This document shows positions 40,461 to 56,749 of a stretch of DNA of 64,000 nucleotides, piece after piece (within the stretch, counting starts at the first letter, position 1; every line of letters begins with the position of its first letter). Location of the stretch: the NCBI RefSeq assembly GCF_009914755.1, contig NC_060942.1, one strand, 5' to 3'. The notes under the pieces are model-generated. The model searched no databases and was not told the DNA's origin. It worked only from the letters and a program-made list of their open reading frames with translations. The DNA is from the human T2T-CHM13v2.0 reference genome, Homo sapiens. Position numbers and translations under genes: made by a program.

Positions 40461-42234
40461 CCAGGCAAAATATAAGTCCTGGGTTAATAGTCTGAAGTCT
40501 GTCATTAAGCAATAGGTTATCCAGCTGCCCAGATTTTTTTCTTTTTTGCTTTGGCTGCAACTCGACCCGTGGGAACTTAATTGGCAATGTAAATTAGACA
40601 ATTTACAAAAAAACACCTCCTTTTACTTTCACCTGTGAAAGGAAGCGCTTAAAATGCCATACAGGTGTAACCATTATAGAATAGATATGCGTGAGACAAG
40701 GATTTACAAAATTTCCTCACCTCCTCTCCTCCAGATTCCATGCACAAGGCGTCTAGCTAGAGGAGTTAGCAAATAGTCTATAACGTGAAGGTTCAAACTC
40801 TAGTATAATTCCACCGTTTTTGTTTTTTTCTTTTTTTGAGGCAAGGTCTCACTCTGTCTCCCAAGCTGGAGTGTAGTGGCGCGATCTCGGCTCACTGCAG
40901 CATCGTCTTCTGGGTTCAAGCGATCCTCCGGCCTCAGCTGGACTACAGGCGGGTAATCAAGGGACTGGGACTACAGGCGCGCCCTGCCGCGCCCGGACAA
41001 GTTTTGTATTTTTAGTAGAGACAGACTCTCCCTATGTTGCCCAGGCTGGTCTCCAACTCCTGGGCCTCCCAAAGTGTTGGGATTACAGGCGTGAGTCACC
41101 CCTGCAGGCCACAGCTTTGCTTTTTAAAAGCATTTCTGCATAACTAAAAAGACAGGAAATTACGAGCATACGAAAACTGATTTCTGCTTTCCTGAATTTT
41201 CTAAATGTATTTAATGAACATGTTCTTTTGCAATGAAAAAGTAATAAATAGGTATCATTTTTAAAAGGACTGTAGTTTTTCCATCAAGTCTAGAAGCATG
41301 TATTGAGAACCTATAATAGGCCCTTTTGGTCATTGTGATATGTGTGAAACAGCATATGGCAGATCTTTTGAAATGATGTTTTTGGATACCACAAGCAATC
41401 CTGCTGGTGTATCTCAGGCTGGCATCATCTTTTATTAACAAAGCAGGCACTTTACTAGCACAATACTTCAACTGCAAAATGTGTGGTAACTAAAGCAGCT
41501 GTATTTGTCTGGAAAAGAAGAAACCTCAGGGCTTACTATCTAAGGATATTGAACCATCTTTTTTTTTTTTTTTGAGATGGAGTTTTACTCTTGTGCAGTG
41601 GTGCAATCTCAGCTCACTGCAACCTCTGCCTCCGAGGTTCAAGCGATTCTCCTGCCTCAGCCTCCTAAGTAGCTGGGACTATAGGTGCGTGCCACCATAC
41701 CCGGCTAACTTTTGTATTTTTAGTAGAGATAGGGTTTCACTATGTTTGTCAGTCTGATCTCAAACTCCTGATCTCAGGTGATCCACCCACTTCAGCCTCC
41801 CAAGGTGCTGGGATTATAGGTGTGAGCCACCACACCCAGCCTTGAACCATCTTCATAGCCAAAATAAAACTACCGAAATAATGACAATAATAATTGGCTA
41901 CTGAAATAATTTTCCATGATTCCATGAAAGCCTTCATTCTCTCTGTGATGATTTAATTACCTAAATTCACAACTTGCACTTTGCAACTCCCTTCTACAGT
42001 TTGCAAATGAAAAACAGATTGCAGTCAATAGGAGGATGAAGTAGTAATCACTACAGTTATCAATAAGAGAAGTTCCAATCTTGATAGCATTACTATTTAT
42101 ACTGTATCTTTAAAGGACTTTATTTGGTATTTCCATAAAATATGCAGAAAAGATATCTCATGGGCATTTATATTATTGACGGCTAGTACAGGTAAAATCA
42201 CCATGATGGCATAACAGAATTCATTATTCTAGAA

Positions 42235-42422
42235 CACTGTGTCTAATGGAACTTTCTGCGATGATAGAAATGTTCTATAATTCTACCTTGTCCAGTACAG
42301 TAGCCACTAGCCACATGTGGCTATTGAGTACTTGAAATGTGGCCAGTGTGACTGACGGTTTCAAGTTTTATTTAATTTAAATAGCCACATGTGGATAGCA
42401 GTTACCATATTGGGCAGTGCAG
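42235..42422 (+). mobile_element. MER3 (hAT-Charlie MITE)
   Basis: TAGCCACATGTGGCTA core with an intact 8-bp TSD TTCTAGAA (42227-42234 and 42423-42430). Confidence 0.85.
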
Positions 42423-43833
42423 TTCTAGAATAACAAAACTATCACTAGATTGTCCCCGTCATATCATACTCTATTTTAAGAAACATTTGGCAGAAGTAGA
42501 ACCTCTGGAACTAGTTAATAAATATTTTCCTTCATATTCCTTTCTGAGCTTTAGGCAGATAGATATTTTAACTTTGCAGATGCGGCATATTAAAGTAACT
42601 AGTAATATAATCCCTACATATATAAGTAGGAATTGCAATGGAAGCTCTGACTGGTTGTGAAATGGATTTGGGAGTATCTAACCCCTGGCCCTGCCATTCC
42701 CGGGCCTGCCTGACCCACATTGAAAAGTGAACCGGGTAACTTAAGACTGGGATGGGCTTCATCAGAATTGTTCATTGCCTGGTTCAGACTGGATTCACCT
42801 TGGACTCTTTTGTTTCAGGAAACTTAGGAGCCCAAATCTCTCTACTGTCATCCCCCTCCCCGCATTCCAATGACCTCCTTCAGAATGTGATCCTCTTTAG
42901 ATTGTAGTACCTAATGTCTGGTCCTTGCAGTTTTGTCTCAAGCCTGAGACATCCCAGAATGCACTTAGTGCATTGCATGTTTTAAAAACACTCCCCTGGT
43001 GCCAGTGTGACTTTGAAGTGGTGCAGGAACACGCTAAAGGCTTAAGTCTCATTAAAAGGAGGATTTTATGGACTGAGACTTTGGGGAGGGCTTTGGGTAA
43101 TTACTGCCTGGAATACTGAAAAGTAGGTCAGATGTCATCAGGCGAATGCAGATAAACCATTGAGTTGAGGGAAATGAATCATTCCCTTATACCTACATAT
43201 GAAAGACTTTGTAGTTACTATTAACTCCAGACCATCAAAGCTATGAGGTCATTGGGAGTTTTTCTCTCTTAAAAGTGGTCTAAATTTGTTATTTGTCATT
43301 TGTGCCATTTCACTCAGTTTATTTAATAACAGGAATGAATTGGTATAGTTTCAGATATTAAATTCTTTTGGTCTAGACTTAATTTTGTACCCATCTCTCT
43401 TTTCCTGCAGGTATGACACACAGATGTCTAAGCAACTGCCTTCCAGCAGTGATTGATTTTGCTGGTTCCCCACACAAAAAGTTTGGAAGAGACCCTTATG
43501 TCTTCTGTAGAGTTTCTTGGTTGTAAGCAGCAAGCACTGGTGCTGGCTAACTTAAGCAAATAAAGAATATATCACTCAGACATCAAAGAAACAGCTGGAA
43601 ATCTGGCTTGGCAAAGGCCGGATTAGGGCACTCCTGGGGATGTGGGTAGTAGGAATAGTCTATAGTTTTTCCTCAGTGCCAACACTGGGAAAGAATATGT
43701 TCCAATTATTTTCATTTTCCTATCCTTTTGTCTTTCTTCAGAAGAAGCAAAGTTGAGAGATAGTCTTTCATAGCTTTTCCCATAAGGTATGTTCTCCTTG
43801 GGCAACATTTTCAACTCAACCTTTAGCCCTTAG

Positions 43834-44172
<339 letters not shown>

Positions 44173-44234
44173 TGAATATACCCTGCTTAGCCTGGTCAAC
44201 ATGGAGAAACTCTGTCTCTACAAAACAAAAATTA

Positions 44235-44459
<225 letters not shown>

Positions 44460-46446
44460 TCACATGACCCCTTCTAGGAAGCCTTGGAAAGTCTGCCCTG
44501 CCTATTGCCCCTTTTTGAGGACTTCATTATGCAACCTACAATTCTTGGCTCAGCTGAAGGAGCAAGAGCAGGGCCTCCTAAATGGCACCTTTCTATTAGG
44601 CTTACCAAAGGCCTGGTATATGTGCTTTGCCCAACAGGAAATCTCTATACTGAGTAGCATTGAACCATCTAGATTTCTCTCTTGGGTAGGTTTAACCGTG
44701 ACGCATGCAAAGGACAGTCCTTAGTCAAGGTAGATGCAGAAAGGCTCACAGAGGGAAGTGAGAGCAGAGAGTAAGCAGAAGCCATGGGACAGCCTAAAGG
44801 AGAATACAGAAAAGATGACCAGGAGCGGCAGAAGCAAGAGCAGAGAGAGAATGATTGAGACCCCAGAGTGCGGAAACACTAGGGTAGGGAGCAAAGGATG
44901 GCGCCCCCTGCTGAGAGGTCCAGAATGGTGGGCTGCAGTTAAATCTTCAACAACCTTCTGCAGCAGCGTGATGTCTCTGCTTTTATGTCTCTGTATTGTT
45001 GCAATAAATTCTTACTCTTTATCTGATGTAACCTGAGTGTTTTTCTATTCCTTGAGCCCAGAAAGAGCCTAATACACCATTACTACCCCCTTTCCTGTTC
45101 TCATCTCTCCCATTTTAATCTGTAACCAACAACCTTGTGGATACCTCCTTTCCTTTCAACAGCCATCTCTTCAGGGTCTCATGTTGTTCTTCGCTCTTCT
45201 GACTCTTCTGAAATACATCTCTTTTCCAGATACCTACTAACCACCGCTATCTATATCTCAGTCACCTGTCAGCACCTAATACAGGTCAAAGGCCCCATTC
45301 TCAATGAGTTACAATAGAAGGTGATTTTACTTTATTCACTGAAGTCACAAAGATCAAGGGTGGGAACTTCATGGGCCGGCAGTCTCTGGGCCTAAATTGG
45401 AAGTATGAACCAAATCACTGACTCCTGGTGTTAGATTTGTTAGAGTCCTCAGAAATAATCTAGTTCAACCTCAAGCCTAAAGCCAGACTGTCCTCAATCA
45501 CATTAGGAAGAAGTTTTCCCACCCCTGTCTGTGGCTGGGAACTTTCCAGACAGGCAGGTCACTACTTCACAGTGCAGCCCAACCATTTGTTTTCCAACAT
45601 TAAGAATGCGGGGCCAGGCATGGTGGCTCACGCCTATAATTCCAGCACTTTGCGAGGTCCAGGCGGGCAGATCGTTTGAGCCCAGGAGCTCAAGACAAGC
45701 CTGGGCAACATGACAAAACCTTGTCTCTACCAAAAAAAAAAAAAAAAAAAAAAAAAAGGCTGGGCATGGTGGCACACACCTGTAGTCTGAGACTGAGACC
45801 GGAGGATCACCGGAGCCCAGAAGGTCGAGGCTGCAGTGAGCCATGATCGTGCCACTGCACTCCAGCACTGGCAACAGAGTTAGAGGCTGTCTCAAAAAAA
45901 ACAAAAATGTTTGAAGACAACAGTCATGAGCTACCTTGATATTTCTTTTCCAGGCTTACATTCCCCCATGTCTCAACCCATCTTCATGCTCCAACTAGTC
46001 ATGGTAGTCTAACACAGTTAGACTAACACAGAATTAAACAAATCACAACTTTTTCTGTGAAGCCAAAGAGGGTAGGAAAGTCTTATCTTAGTAAGTCCTA
46101 TTATAATATCAATTTTTCTAAACCTATGGCCTTTTTTCCATACATGTCATCTCTGACCTCTCCACTGCTGTCTGGTGGTAGCTAATTTTTCTCACTTAAT
46201 AGAGACCAGGGGGAAGGAGGTGGTGGAGTTAGATTGGAGAAAGAAAGCAGGGAGTGCAGCAAAGAAGTTATACATTTATATACAAATTCCTGGCCTCATG
46301 AAGTTTATAATCTAATTTGGTAGGCAAAGTATACAATTAAAACTCATAAAAAAGACAAGCCATAACAGCCAAAAATGGTAAGTAAAATAAATTCTAAAGG
46401 ATTTAGGAGGACTAGAATAGAGAAGACATTTAGAAGTCATGGTATT

Positions 46447-46823
<377 letters not shown>

Positions 46824-47543
46824 TCAACATAGCACATTTGAGAGAAGCAGCAAGAAACAAAATATGAGAATATACTTTGAACAAGAGCTCAGGGCTATTT
46901 TAGTAACAGATTTTTGAATCGTCCACAAATATCCATGATGTTGTATAGCATTACCAATGGAAAGAAGATTGAGATAATGACATGTAAAGACTTAATAGAC
47001 AGCCTTGGCAACATGGAAAAACCCCCATCTCTACTAAAAATACAAATCTGAAGTGGGAGGATCACCTGAGCCTGGGGAGGACAAGGCTGTAGTGGGCTGT
47101 GATTGCGCCACTGCACTCCAGCCTGAGCAGCAGAGTGAGACCTCATCTTAAAAAAAAAAAAAAAAAAAGACTTACCAGAACAGAGAGTTTGTTTTCATCA
47201 TTGATTAATTCATTTATTCATAAGTCAGTAAATATATACATATTAACTTAGTAAATGAGATGATTTTGTGAGTGGATATACGTGCCAGACACTGTTTTAG
47301 GCTTGGTGAGAGATAAAAGATAAATCCAATAACAGTCCTTCTCTTCAAGGACTTAATCTAGAAATACAGATAAGATGAAATAAGACTTGTAAATCAGCAG
47401 GTATATGAAGAAATTAAAAAATAATAATAACCATGAGAAAAGTACAGATAAAGGAGAAATAAGAGGAAGAAAGTTTTTGGCTTTGTCTGTTTTCAGTAGG
47501 GGATGATCAGTGAATGCTTTACAGAAAAGGTGAGTTTTAAAGT

Positions 47544-47940
47544 TGCAATGGTTTGAATGTGTCCCCAAAAAGTTCATGTATTAAAAACCTAATTGCCACT
47601 GTAACAGTATTAAGAGGTGGGACCTTTAAGAGGTGATTAGGTCATGATAGCTCCACCCTCATGAATGGATTAATGCTGTTATTTGGGAAGTGAGTTAGTT
47701 ATCATCGGGGTGGGTTCCTGATAAAAGGATCAAGTTCAGCCTCCAATCCTGCTCTATCTCATGCTTGCACCTCCTCTCCACATGGTGCCCTTCCACCATT
47801 GGACGACACAGCCCTAATCAGATGCAGTGCTATGCTCTTAGACTTCCCAGCCTCCAGAACTGAGAGGCAAATACATTTCTATTCTATATGTTACCCGGTC
47901 TGTGATATTCTGTGATAGAAGCAGAAAACAGACTAAGACA
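47544..47940 (+). mobile_element. MSTC/MSTD-like MaLR LTR
   Basis: TGCAATGGTTTGAATGTGTCCCC start and AACAGACTAAGACA end. Confidence 0.75.
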
Positions 47941-48270
47941 AAAGTTAAATGCTTAAGATGGATAGGATTTCAACATATGGAAATGATTAGAGAACATGTT
48001 ATGCAAATGAAATAGTATAAGCAAAACTGACCAAGGTAGAGGACTGTGGACACAAAAGGTAGAGGAGGACCTTGCACACAATAGACCACAATGCAAATGC
48101 ATGAAACAAAACACTGACTGGATTCTCAGGAAGGCCCAACAATCTTCTATCCTTTGTCCTTCCCTAGTCAGTCCTGAGCCAAAGCTAGAGGGACAGGTAG
48201 TTGAAGGAGCCTTTGAGATACCCAAGTGTGGATGACAGATGGGAGTTCAGATGTAAATTCTGGACTAGAT

Positions 48271-48346
48271 ATATAAATTTGTGATCGTCTGTGTGGAGGT
48301 GACATGGCTTCATGTCACCTCCACACAGACGATCACAAATTTATAT
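48271..48346. repeat. Perfect inverted repeat, 36-bp arms with a 4-nt loop
   Basis: ATATAAATTTGTGATCGTCTGTGTGGAGGTGACATG-GCTT-CATGTCACCTCCACACAGACGATCACAAATTTATAT, checked base by base. Confidence 0.97.
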
Positions 48347-50670
48347 CCAGCAGAAGATGGTTTAGGGAGAAAGGGGAATCAAGTGAGGAGAAAAGGAGTT
48401 AGAGCTGTGCTTTATTTCCTGCCCTTCAGGTAACTTTCTTCACTCTCCTCAAATCCCTTTCCCATAGCTCCCTTCCACAGTCTCAACAGGTGACTTCACC
48501 TCTTACTTTACCAAGAAAACAAAAGCCATTAGATGAAGGCCCTCCAAACTTCTTACCACCAAACCAACAAATCTTTCAGCACCTATATAATTTCTTCTTT
48601 TCCCTTTTCTGTTAAAATGGAAGAGGGATCCATCCTAAGATTGGAGCTTCCACAGATGTTCATATAATTCCTCCCTTTGCCTCTTCAGCAACCTCATTCC
48701 ATCAACTCGCTCTCTCCTAGATCTTCAAGTGCTCTCAAAATGTACCTGCTACATAAATGTTCTCTAATGTCTGCCATCTTTAAAAACCCTCCTGCCAGAT
48801 GGCACCATTTTTTTCATTCCTCCTTCAGAGTTAACTACTTGAAAGAGTAGTCTACACTGGCACTCTCTATTTCCTCTCCACTCTCATTTCTGGTCCCACA
48901 ACTCCATTGAAACTGTCCTTGCTGCCAGGCGCAGTGGCTCATGCCTATAATCCCAACAGTTTGGGAGGCCAAGGCAGAAGGATCACTGGAGCCCAGGGAG
49001 TTCAAGACCAGCCTGGGCAACATAGTAAGAGCTCATCTCTACATAAAAATAAACAAAAATTAGCTGAGCATGGTGGCACACACCTGTAATCCCAGCTATT
49101 CAGAAAGTTGAGATGGGAGGATCATTTTAGCCCAGGTGGTGCAGTGAGCCATGATCATGCCACTGCATTCCAGCCTGGGTGATAGAGTGAGACCCTGTCC
49201 CTCCCTCCTTCAGAGAATGCTCTTCTGTTAGTTTTCCTGAGCTCCCAGTTCTTGGCTCTTCTCTTAACTGTTGAATGTTCTGCCTGAAACTCTACTTCCC
49301 CTGGTACTCTTCTTAGGAGAGCACATATGCTTCCATGGCTACAATAACTTTCTATACACTCCTGTCTCCCAAGTCTCTAACTCAGGTCCCAATGTCACTT
49401 CCGAGCCTCTGACTCACACATCAATTAATGAAACTCAACCAAAAGTTCAATTTCTCCTCTTCCTCCCAACCTCTTGCTTTCCTTTTTATATTCTTTTTCT
49501 TGGAGGTAAGCACTCTCTTTCTCTATCCTCCCCATCCTGGCTTTCTCCCTGCCTCCACAACCCCAATCTATTCTTTACTTTGTAGCCAGATGACATTTCC
49601 AAAATTTAAATCTGATCTATTAATTCCCTTGCTGAAAATTCACTCTTTTTTTTTTTTTTTTTTTTTTTTTTTGTAGAGACAGTGTCTTGCTATGTTGCCC
49701 AGGCTGGAGTGCAGTGGCTATTCACACATGCGATCATGGTGCGCACTACAGCCTCTAACTCCTTGGCTCACGGGATCCTCCAGCCTTAGCCTCCTAGTAA
49801 CTGGGACCACAGGAGCACCACCAGTCCACTCCCAGCTTCAGCTCTACATCTTTTGGGACGTAGTCTAAACCCCTTAGCGTCATAAAGCCATGCGTATGTC
49901 CAGACTCATCTCTCATCACTATCACCATGGTATTTCACACTGTGGCAATTATGAACAACTTTCAGTTCCCAGTATTGATGCAGTATTTGATGCTTAGAGC
50001 CTTTGCCCATGTTGTTCTTTGGTGCTCTGAATGCTTTCCCAGTTTCTTCGTCTTCCTGATATTTATGCTTCATGCAGTCTGAGCTTAAAAACCACTTCTC
50101 CCCAGGTGCAGTGGCTCACGCCTGTAATCCCAGCACTTTGGGAGGCCAAGGCAGGCAGATCATGAGGTCAGGAGTTCAAGACCAGCCTGGCCAACATGGT
50201 GAAACCCCGTCTCTACTAAAACACAAAAATTAGCTGGGCGTGGTGGTGCATGCCTGTAATCCCAGCTACTGGGGAGGCTGAGGCAGGAGAATGGCTTGAA
50301 CCCAGGAGGCAGAGGTTGCAGTGAGCCAGTTGTGCCACCGCACTCCAGCCTGGGTGACACAGCAAGACTCCATCTAAAAAAAAAAAAAAAAAAAAAATCA
50401 CTTCTCTCCGAAGGCCTTCCTGACTCCATATGGCTGGGTTAGGGGCCCTTCCTATAGGCTATCCTATTACTTTGTACTTACTCCTATGATCATCACACGG
50501 TCTGCAAATGACTCTTGATTTAACTATATCTTTCATCTTTAATCTAGAAGTAGATTGGCCTTTTAGCAGAAATGCCTTGCTTACCAGTTTATCCCTTTTA
50601 TCTAACATAGTGCATGGCACATATTCAGAAATCAATAAATGGTTGTTGAATGAATGAAATGAACTGGGGC

Positions 50671-50707
50671 TTTATGTCTAAGATGTTTTATGTCTAAGAT
50701 GTTTTAT
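50671..50707. repeat. 16-bp tandem duplication (2.3 copies)
   Basis: TTTATGTCTAAGATGT x2 followed by TTTAT. Confidence 0.9.
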
Positions 50708-51727
50708 AAGAAGGCAGTACAGGGAAGTGGAATGTACACAAAATTAAGAATCAGAAAGTTGGTTCAAATCCCAGTTCTCTGTGTCTTAACTAGCTATAAG
50801 ACCACAATGTATTTACCTTCTCTGGATGGAGGGCCCACAAAGTGCTAGGCACTGTACTGCATGCTGGGGATACAAGGATGAAGACTTAGTAACTGGCATT
50901 AAGGAAGCTGAGTTTAAAAAGATATATATAGAAATAGGTGAGAGGTGGGAGGACAGAACATCCCACATATTGGGAGTGACATGCTAGAAGGACTGTAGCA
51001 GGCAAGCAATCACATCCCTCATTATCAGGAGCGAAGTAGTTCAGTGAGTTAGAACCTAAGGTACTGGAGACAGCTGGGGTGAGGAGATGAGACTGGAGAG
51101 AGAAGCAGGAGCCATATCTCGAAGGGCCCTATACTGTGTCATAAAGTTTGAGATTCATTCTCAGGGCCTTGGAGTTAAAACCCCAAACAGTTTCAAGCAG
51201 GAGAGTCACAGTACTGGATTTCCATCATAGAGATAAAGATGGTGGCGATGTGGAGAATGGGTTCTAAGATGGTAAAGTTGGAAGCAAGAATACCAGCAAG
51301 GATGCTGTTGCAGGGGGCTCAGTCAATAGGTAGCAGTGGCTTGAATTTCTGCAGGAACTATGGGGATGGTGCAAAGTATTAGTAGGCAGATTCAGGACAG
51401 AAGGAACTTAGTCCTTAGCCGATAGGACAGAAGGAACTTGGTGATGGTTGAATGAGAGGGATGAGGGACAAGGAAGATAAAGGATGGCTGCCATGTGTCT
51501 GGTCCAGGCAACTGGCATGTAGAGGAGCCATTTCCTGAGGTTGGGAATGCAGACGAAGAGGCTTTTGAACAGTGGATGCTTTAATGAGAGAGCTCTGTTA
51601 GCTGAAGGCAGGATAGGTAGAAGGGAAAAGTCTGGAGTCAGGACAAGGAGCTAAGATGTCCCTGCAGTAGTATAGGGATGAGGTGATATGGCCTGAACTA
51701 AGGTGAGCAACTGGAATAGAAAGAAGT

Positions 51728-52694
51728 GAAGGGTCTTAGAAATTAAAATAAAATCCTGAGCCCTCCTAGTGACTGAATGAACTCCCTCTTGACCAAGGAG
51801 ACTCTAGAAAAAAACCAAAAAAACTGAATTCCTGGCCATGATGGGAAGAGAGGTGAGACATGCCTCATTATACCACATGCCTTTTGGAGTTTAGGCACAA
51901 TGACCAGCATTAATGTTAAAATAGAGATAATAAGACTGACAAGGTCAGGCACAGTGGCTCCCGCCTATAATCCCAGCACTTTAGGAGGCTGAGGCAGGCG
52001 GATCCCTTGAGCTCAGGAGTTTGAGACCAGCCTGGGCAACATGACAAAACCCTGTCTCTATAAAAAATACAAAAAAAATTAGCTGGACATGGCGGTGCAC
52101 ACCTATAGTCCCAACTACATGGGAAGCTGAGGCTGGAGGGACACCTGAGCCCAGGAGGTCGAGGCTGCAGTGAACCATGATCATGCCACTACACTCCAGC
52201 CTGGGTGATAGAGACCCTGTCAAAAAAAAAAAAACAAAACAAACAAAAAAAAAACCACACACACACACAACAAAACGGGCTCTTCGTGGCAATAAGATAC
52301 CAAATTATGAATAAGACCTAAGGCGGGTTAAGTCACACCTGCAAACAATCATTCCTTTCTGCTGATTTCAAGTTTTAGACAGAGCCTTACTCCTTTAACC
52401 AATTGCAAATAAAGAACCTCTGAATCCACATGTAACCTGAAAGCTCCCGATTCAAGATATCCCTCCCACCTTTTTGGGCTGAACCAATGGATACCTTCCA
52501 TGTACTACTGATTTATGTCTTTGCCTATCACTCCTGCCGCCCTAAAATGTATAAAACCAAGCTGTAATCTGACTGCCTTGAGACTACTTACTCAAGGCTT
52601 CTTGGGTTTGCATTTTCCCTGGTCATGGTGACTTACACTGCCTCAGAACAAACCTATTTAAAATATTTCATGGAGTTTGGTTTCTCCATTAGTA
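51728..52694 (+). mobile_element. MER39-like ERV1 LTR interrupted by an Alu (51943-52250)
   Basis: TGAAGGG...AATTAAAATAAAATCCT start, TATAAAACCAAGCTGTAA TATA region and GAGTTTGGTTTCTCC end. Confidence 0.6.
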
Positions 52695-53016
52695 AGCTAA
52701 TGTGACTGATGAGGGGAAGTAACAATAGACAGGGCTTGGCAGTTACAATGGAGAGTCCTGAAGAATATATTGAATAGCCAGATTAGGGGGCTATCCAAAA
52801 GTCTTTGAAAGCCAAGCAGAGGAACTGAGACTTGATTCAGTGGGGGAGAAATATTATAATATTCCTGGACAAAGAATGTTTAAGGAACATTAGTCTAACA
52901 ACAGTGTACAAGGGATCAACCAGAGAAAAGAAAGGATAATGGAGGCAGAGAGACAATATGGTTATCATTTGAATAGAACACCCTGAGAATGCAGACTCTA
53001 CCAATGAAGAACATAA

Positions 53017-53441
<425 letters not shown>

Positions 53442-53718
53442 CGGCTATGGGCTTCTTAAAGTCAGAAACTATGTCTTCTTTATTTTTATATCTTCAATAT
53501 ATAGCCAAATTATGGCATAGATCAAGTCTTGATAAATATTCTTGAATAACCAACCTAATGAATACATAAGTTGGATAGGCAGAGTATACATGAAAGCAAG
53601 ATAGTTTGGGGAAGGTCTTTTTTGTTTTTGTTTTTTTTTTTTTTAATTTAGAGTTTGGCCGGGTGTGGTGGCTCACACTTGTAACCCAGCACTTTGGGAA
53701 GCTGAGGCAAGCAGATCA

Positions 53719-54309
<591 letters not shown>

Positions 54310-54733
54310 TGAAATGGCTGTGAAATGTTGAGTTTAAGATGTGACATCTAAGATACCCACTTGTAAATGTCTTATAGATACAGAAAGAGTAGTGCTCAGA
54401 AGTCCAGAAGAGAGAAGAAATCTGGAGAGAGGCACAGTAGGGAGACATCAGTGTTAATCACGTCTCTCACTGCACCCCCATCTGACATTTGAAACAAACA
54501 AGCTGAAACCTCGGTGGCTTCATAACATAATGCAATGCAGTCAAGGATAGAGGTTCCACTCCAGGTTTCTTCCATTGTGAGCACCACCACTGTCAATAGG
54601 TGAATCACAGAATTCCTGCAGAAGGGGAGAGAGAGCCTGCAGGTCTGCACTGGAGGTTTTATGGATGGACCTAGAAGTGGTTTGTTTCAATTTTTTTTTT
54701 CTTTTTTAGACAGAATCTTACTCTGTCACCTAG

Positions 54734-54907
<174 letters not shown>

Positions 54908-55011
54908 TGAACTCCTTACCTCAAGTGATCTGCCCACCTCAGCCTCCCAAAGTGCTGGGATTACAGGCGTGAGCCAACGCGCCCAGCCGGTTTGTATCAC
55001 TTCTACTCATC

Positions 55012-55379
55012 TGATATGGTTTCACTTTTTGTCCCCACCCAAATCTTATCTTGAATTGTAGCTCTCATAATTCCCACACGTTGTGGGAGGGACCAAGTGG
55101 GAGATAACTGACTCATGGGGGTGGTTTCCCCCATACTGTTCTCGTGGTAGTGAATAAGTCTCACAAGATCTGATGGTTTTGTGAAGGATTTCCCTTTTCA
55201 CTTGGCTCTCCTTCTTTCTTTTTTACTGCCATCATGTAAGAGGTAACTTTCACCTTCTGCCATAATTGTGAGGCCTTCCCAGCCACACGGAACTGTGAAT
55301 CCATTAAACCTCTTTTTCTTTATAAATTACCCAGTATTGGGTATGTCTTTATCAGCAGCGTGAAAACGAACTAATCCAC
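55012..55379 (+). mobile_element. THE1-family MaLR LTR
   Basis: TGATATGGTTT...CCCCACCCAAATCTTATCTTGAATTGTAGCTC start and GTGAAAACGAACTAAT end. Confidence 0.85.
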
Positions 55380-55409
55380 CATCTGTTTGTGTTCTCTCAA
55401 TGCCTTCAA

Positions 55410-55942
55410 ACTCGAGCTTGACTGTTGACTGAACAATTAAGGAGAAACATTTGCCTCCCAATCCATTCCATGCCCTTCTCTATTCTGCTCTCTGTCCTGA
55501 AAGGCTGGTCTCTAGGGATCAACCATCAGAGCTTCCTTGCTCTCTGGCTTCCAATTTGGGTTCAGAGGATGAGAGGTAGCAGCAGGAGAGTAGAAACTGG
55601 AAAAGAGGAAAGGAAAGGTCTCTATCACTTCCTTGCCCATCCCTACCCTCCACTGACACTTTGTGGAGAATTCCGGCACCGCAGTTGCATTTTCCTGCAG
55701 CCACAGCTTCTCTTGGGCAGTTCCTGTTCTATGGCTCCAGTTCTTGCTGGCCTCCAATAATACTATTCTCAATCCTGGGGTCCTAATGGCTTCCTGCAGT
55801 TAAGAGTCTCTGGCTGTTTCTCTAATCTCTTGTGTGGTCCCTTAGTATTGCTCATTCTTCTGTAAATCATCCCTTCCTTAATCTGTCTTCAGTTGAATCC
55901 TTTGAGTATGCCATTTGTTTTCTGTTGAAACCCTAACAGATA
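55410..55942. mobile_element. LTR33-like ERVL LTR relic
   Basis: CTTGCTCTCTGGCTTCCAATTTGGGTTCAG and TGCCATTTGTTTTCTG...CCCTAACAGATACA motifs. Confidence 0.5.
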
Positions 55943-56353
55943 CATTATTTACTAGCTCATACTAATTCCATTTCAATTACCAATGCACTATTTTTGTGGG
56001 TGATTTAATTTGTTCCATCAAAAGGGGCACAAGTGACCACTGTAGTCAAAATTACATTTTAGTACCACATACTGAAATTTTAAGTCCATATTGCATATTC
56101 TGTACCAAGAGAGATCCTTTCTTTTCATTAGCTTGACTACAGAAATGGTTATTCATAACTCTAGTGTTCATCTATAGCTATAGTAACGCCATAAAGTGAC
56201 TTGAACCACCCTATTCTATCATTTTTTTTCTATTCCTGTTGGAGACCATTTCTACTTATGCATCCAAGGATACAACATCAGGCCAGGTGCCATGGCTCAC
56301 ACCTGTAATCCCAACACTTTGGGAGGCCAAGGTGGGTGTATTTTGTATTTTTA

Positions 56354-56749
<396 letters not shown>

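Noticed and set aside
39669-40515. Overlapping 110-190 aa Pro/Arg/Gly-rich ORFs
   Set aside because: Stop-poor GC-rich CpG island with no domain similarity.
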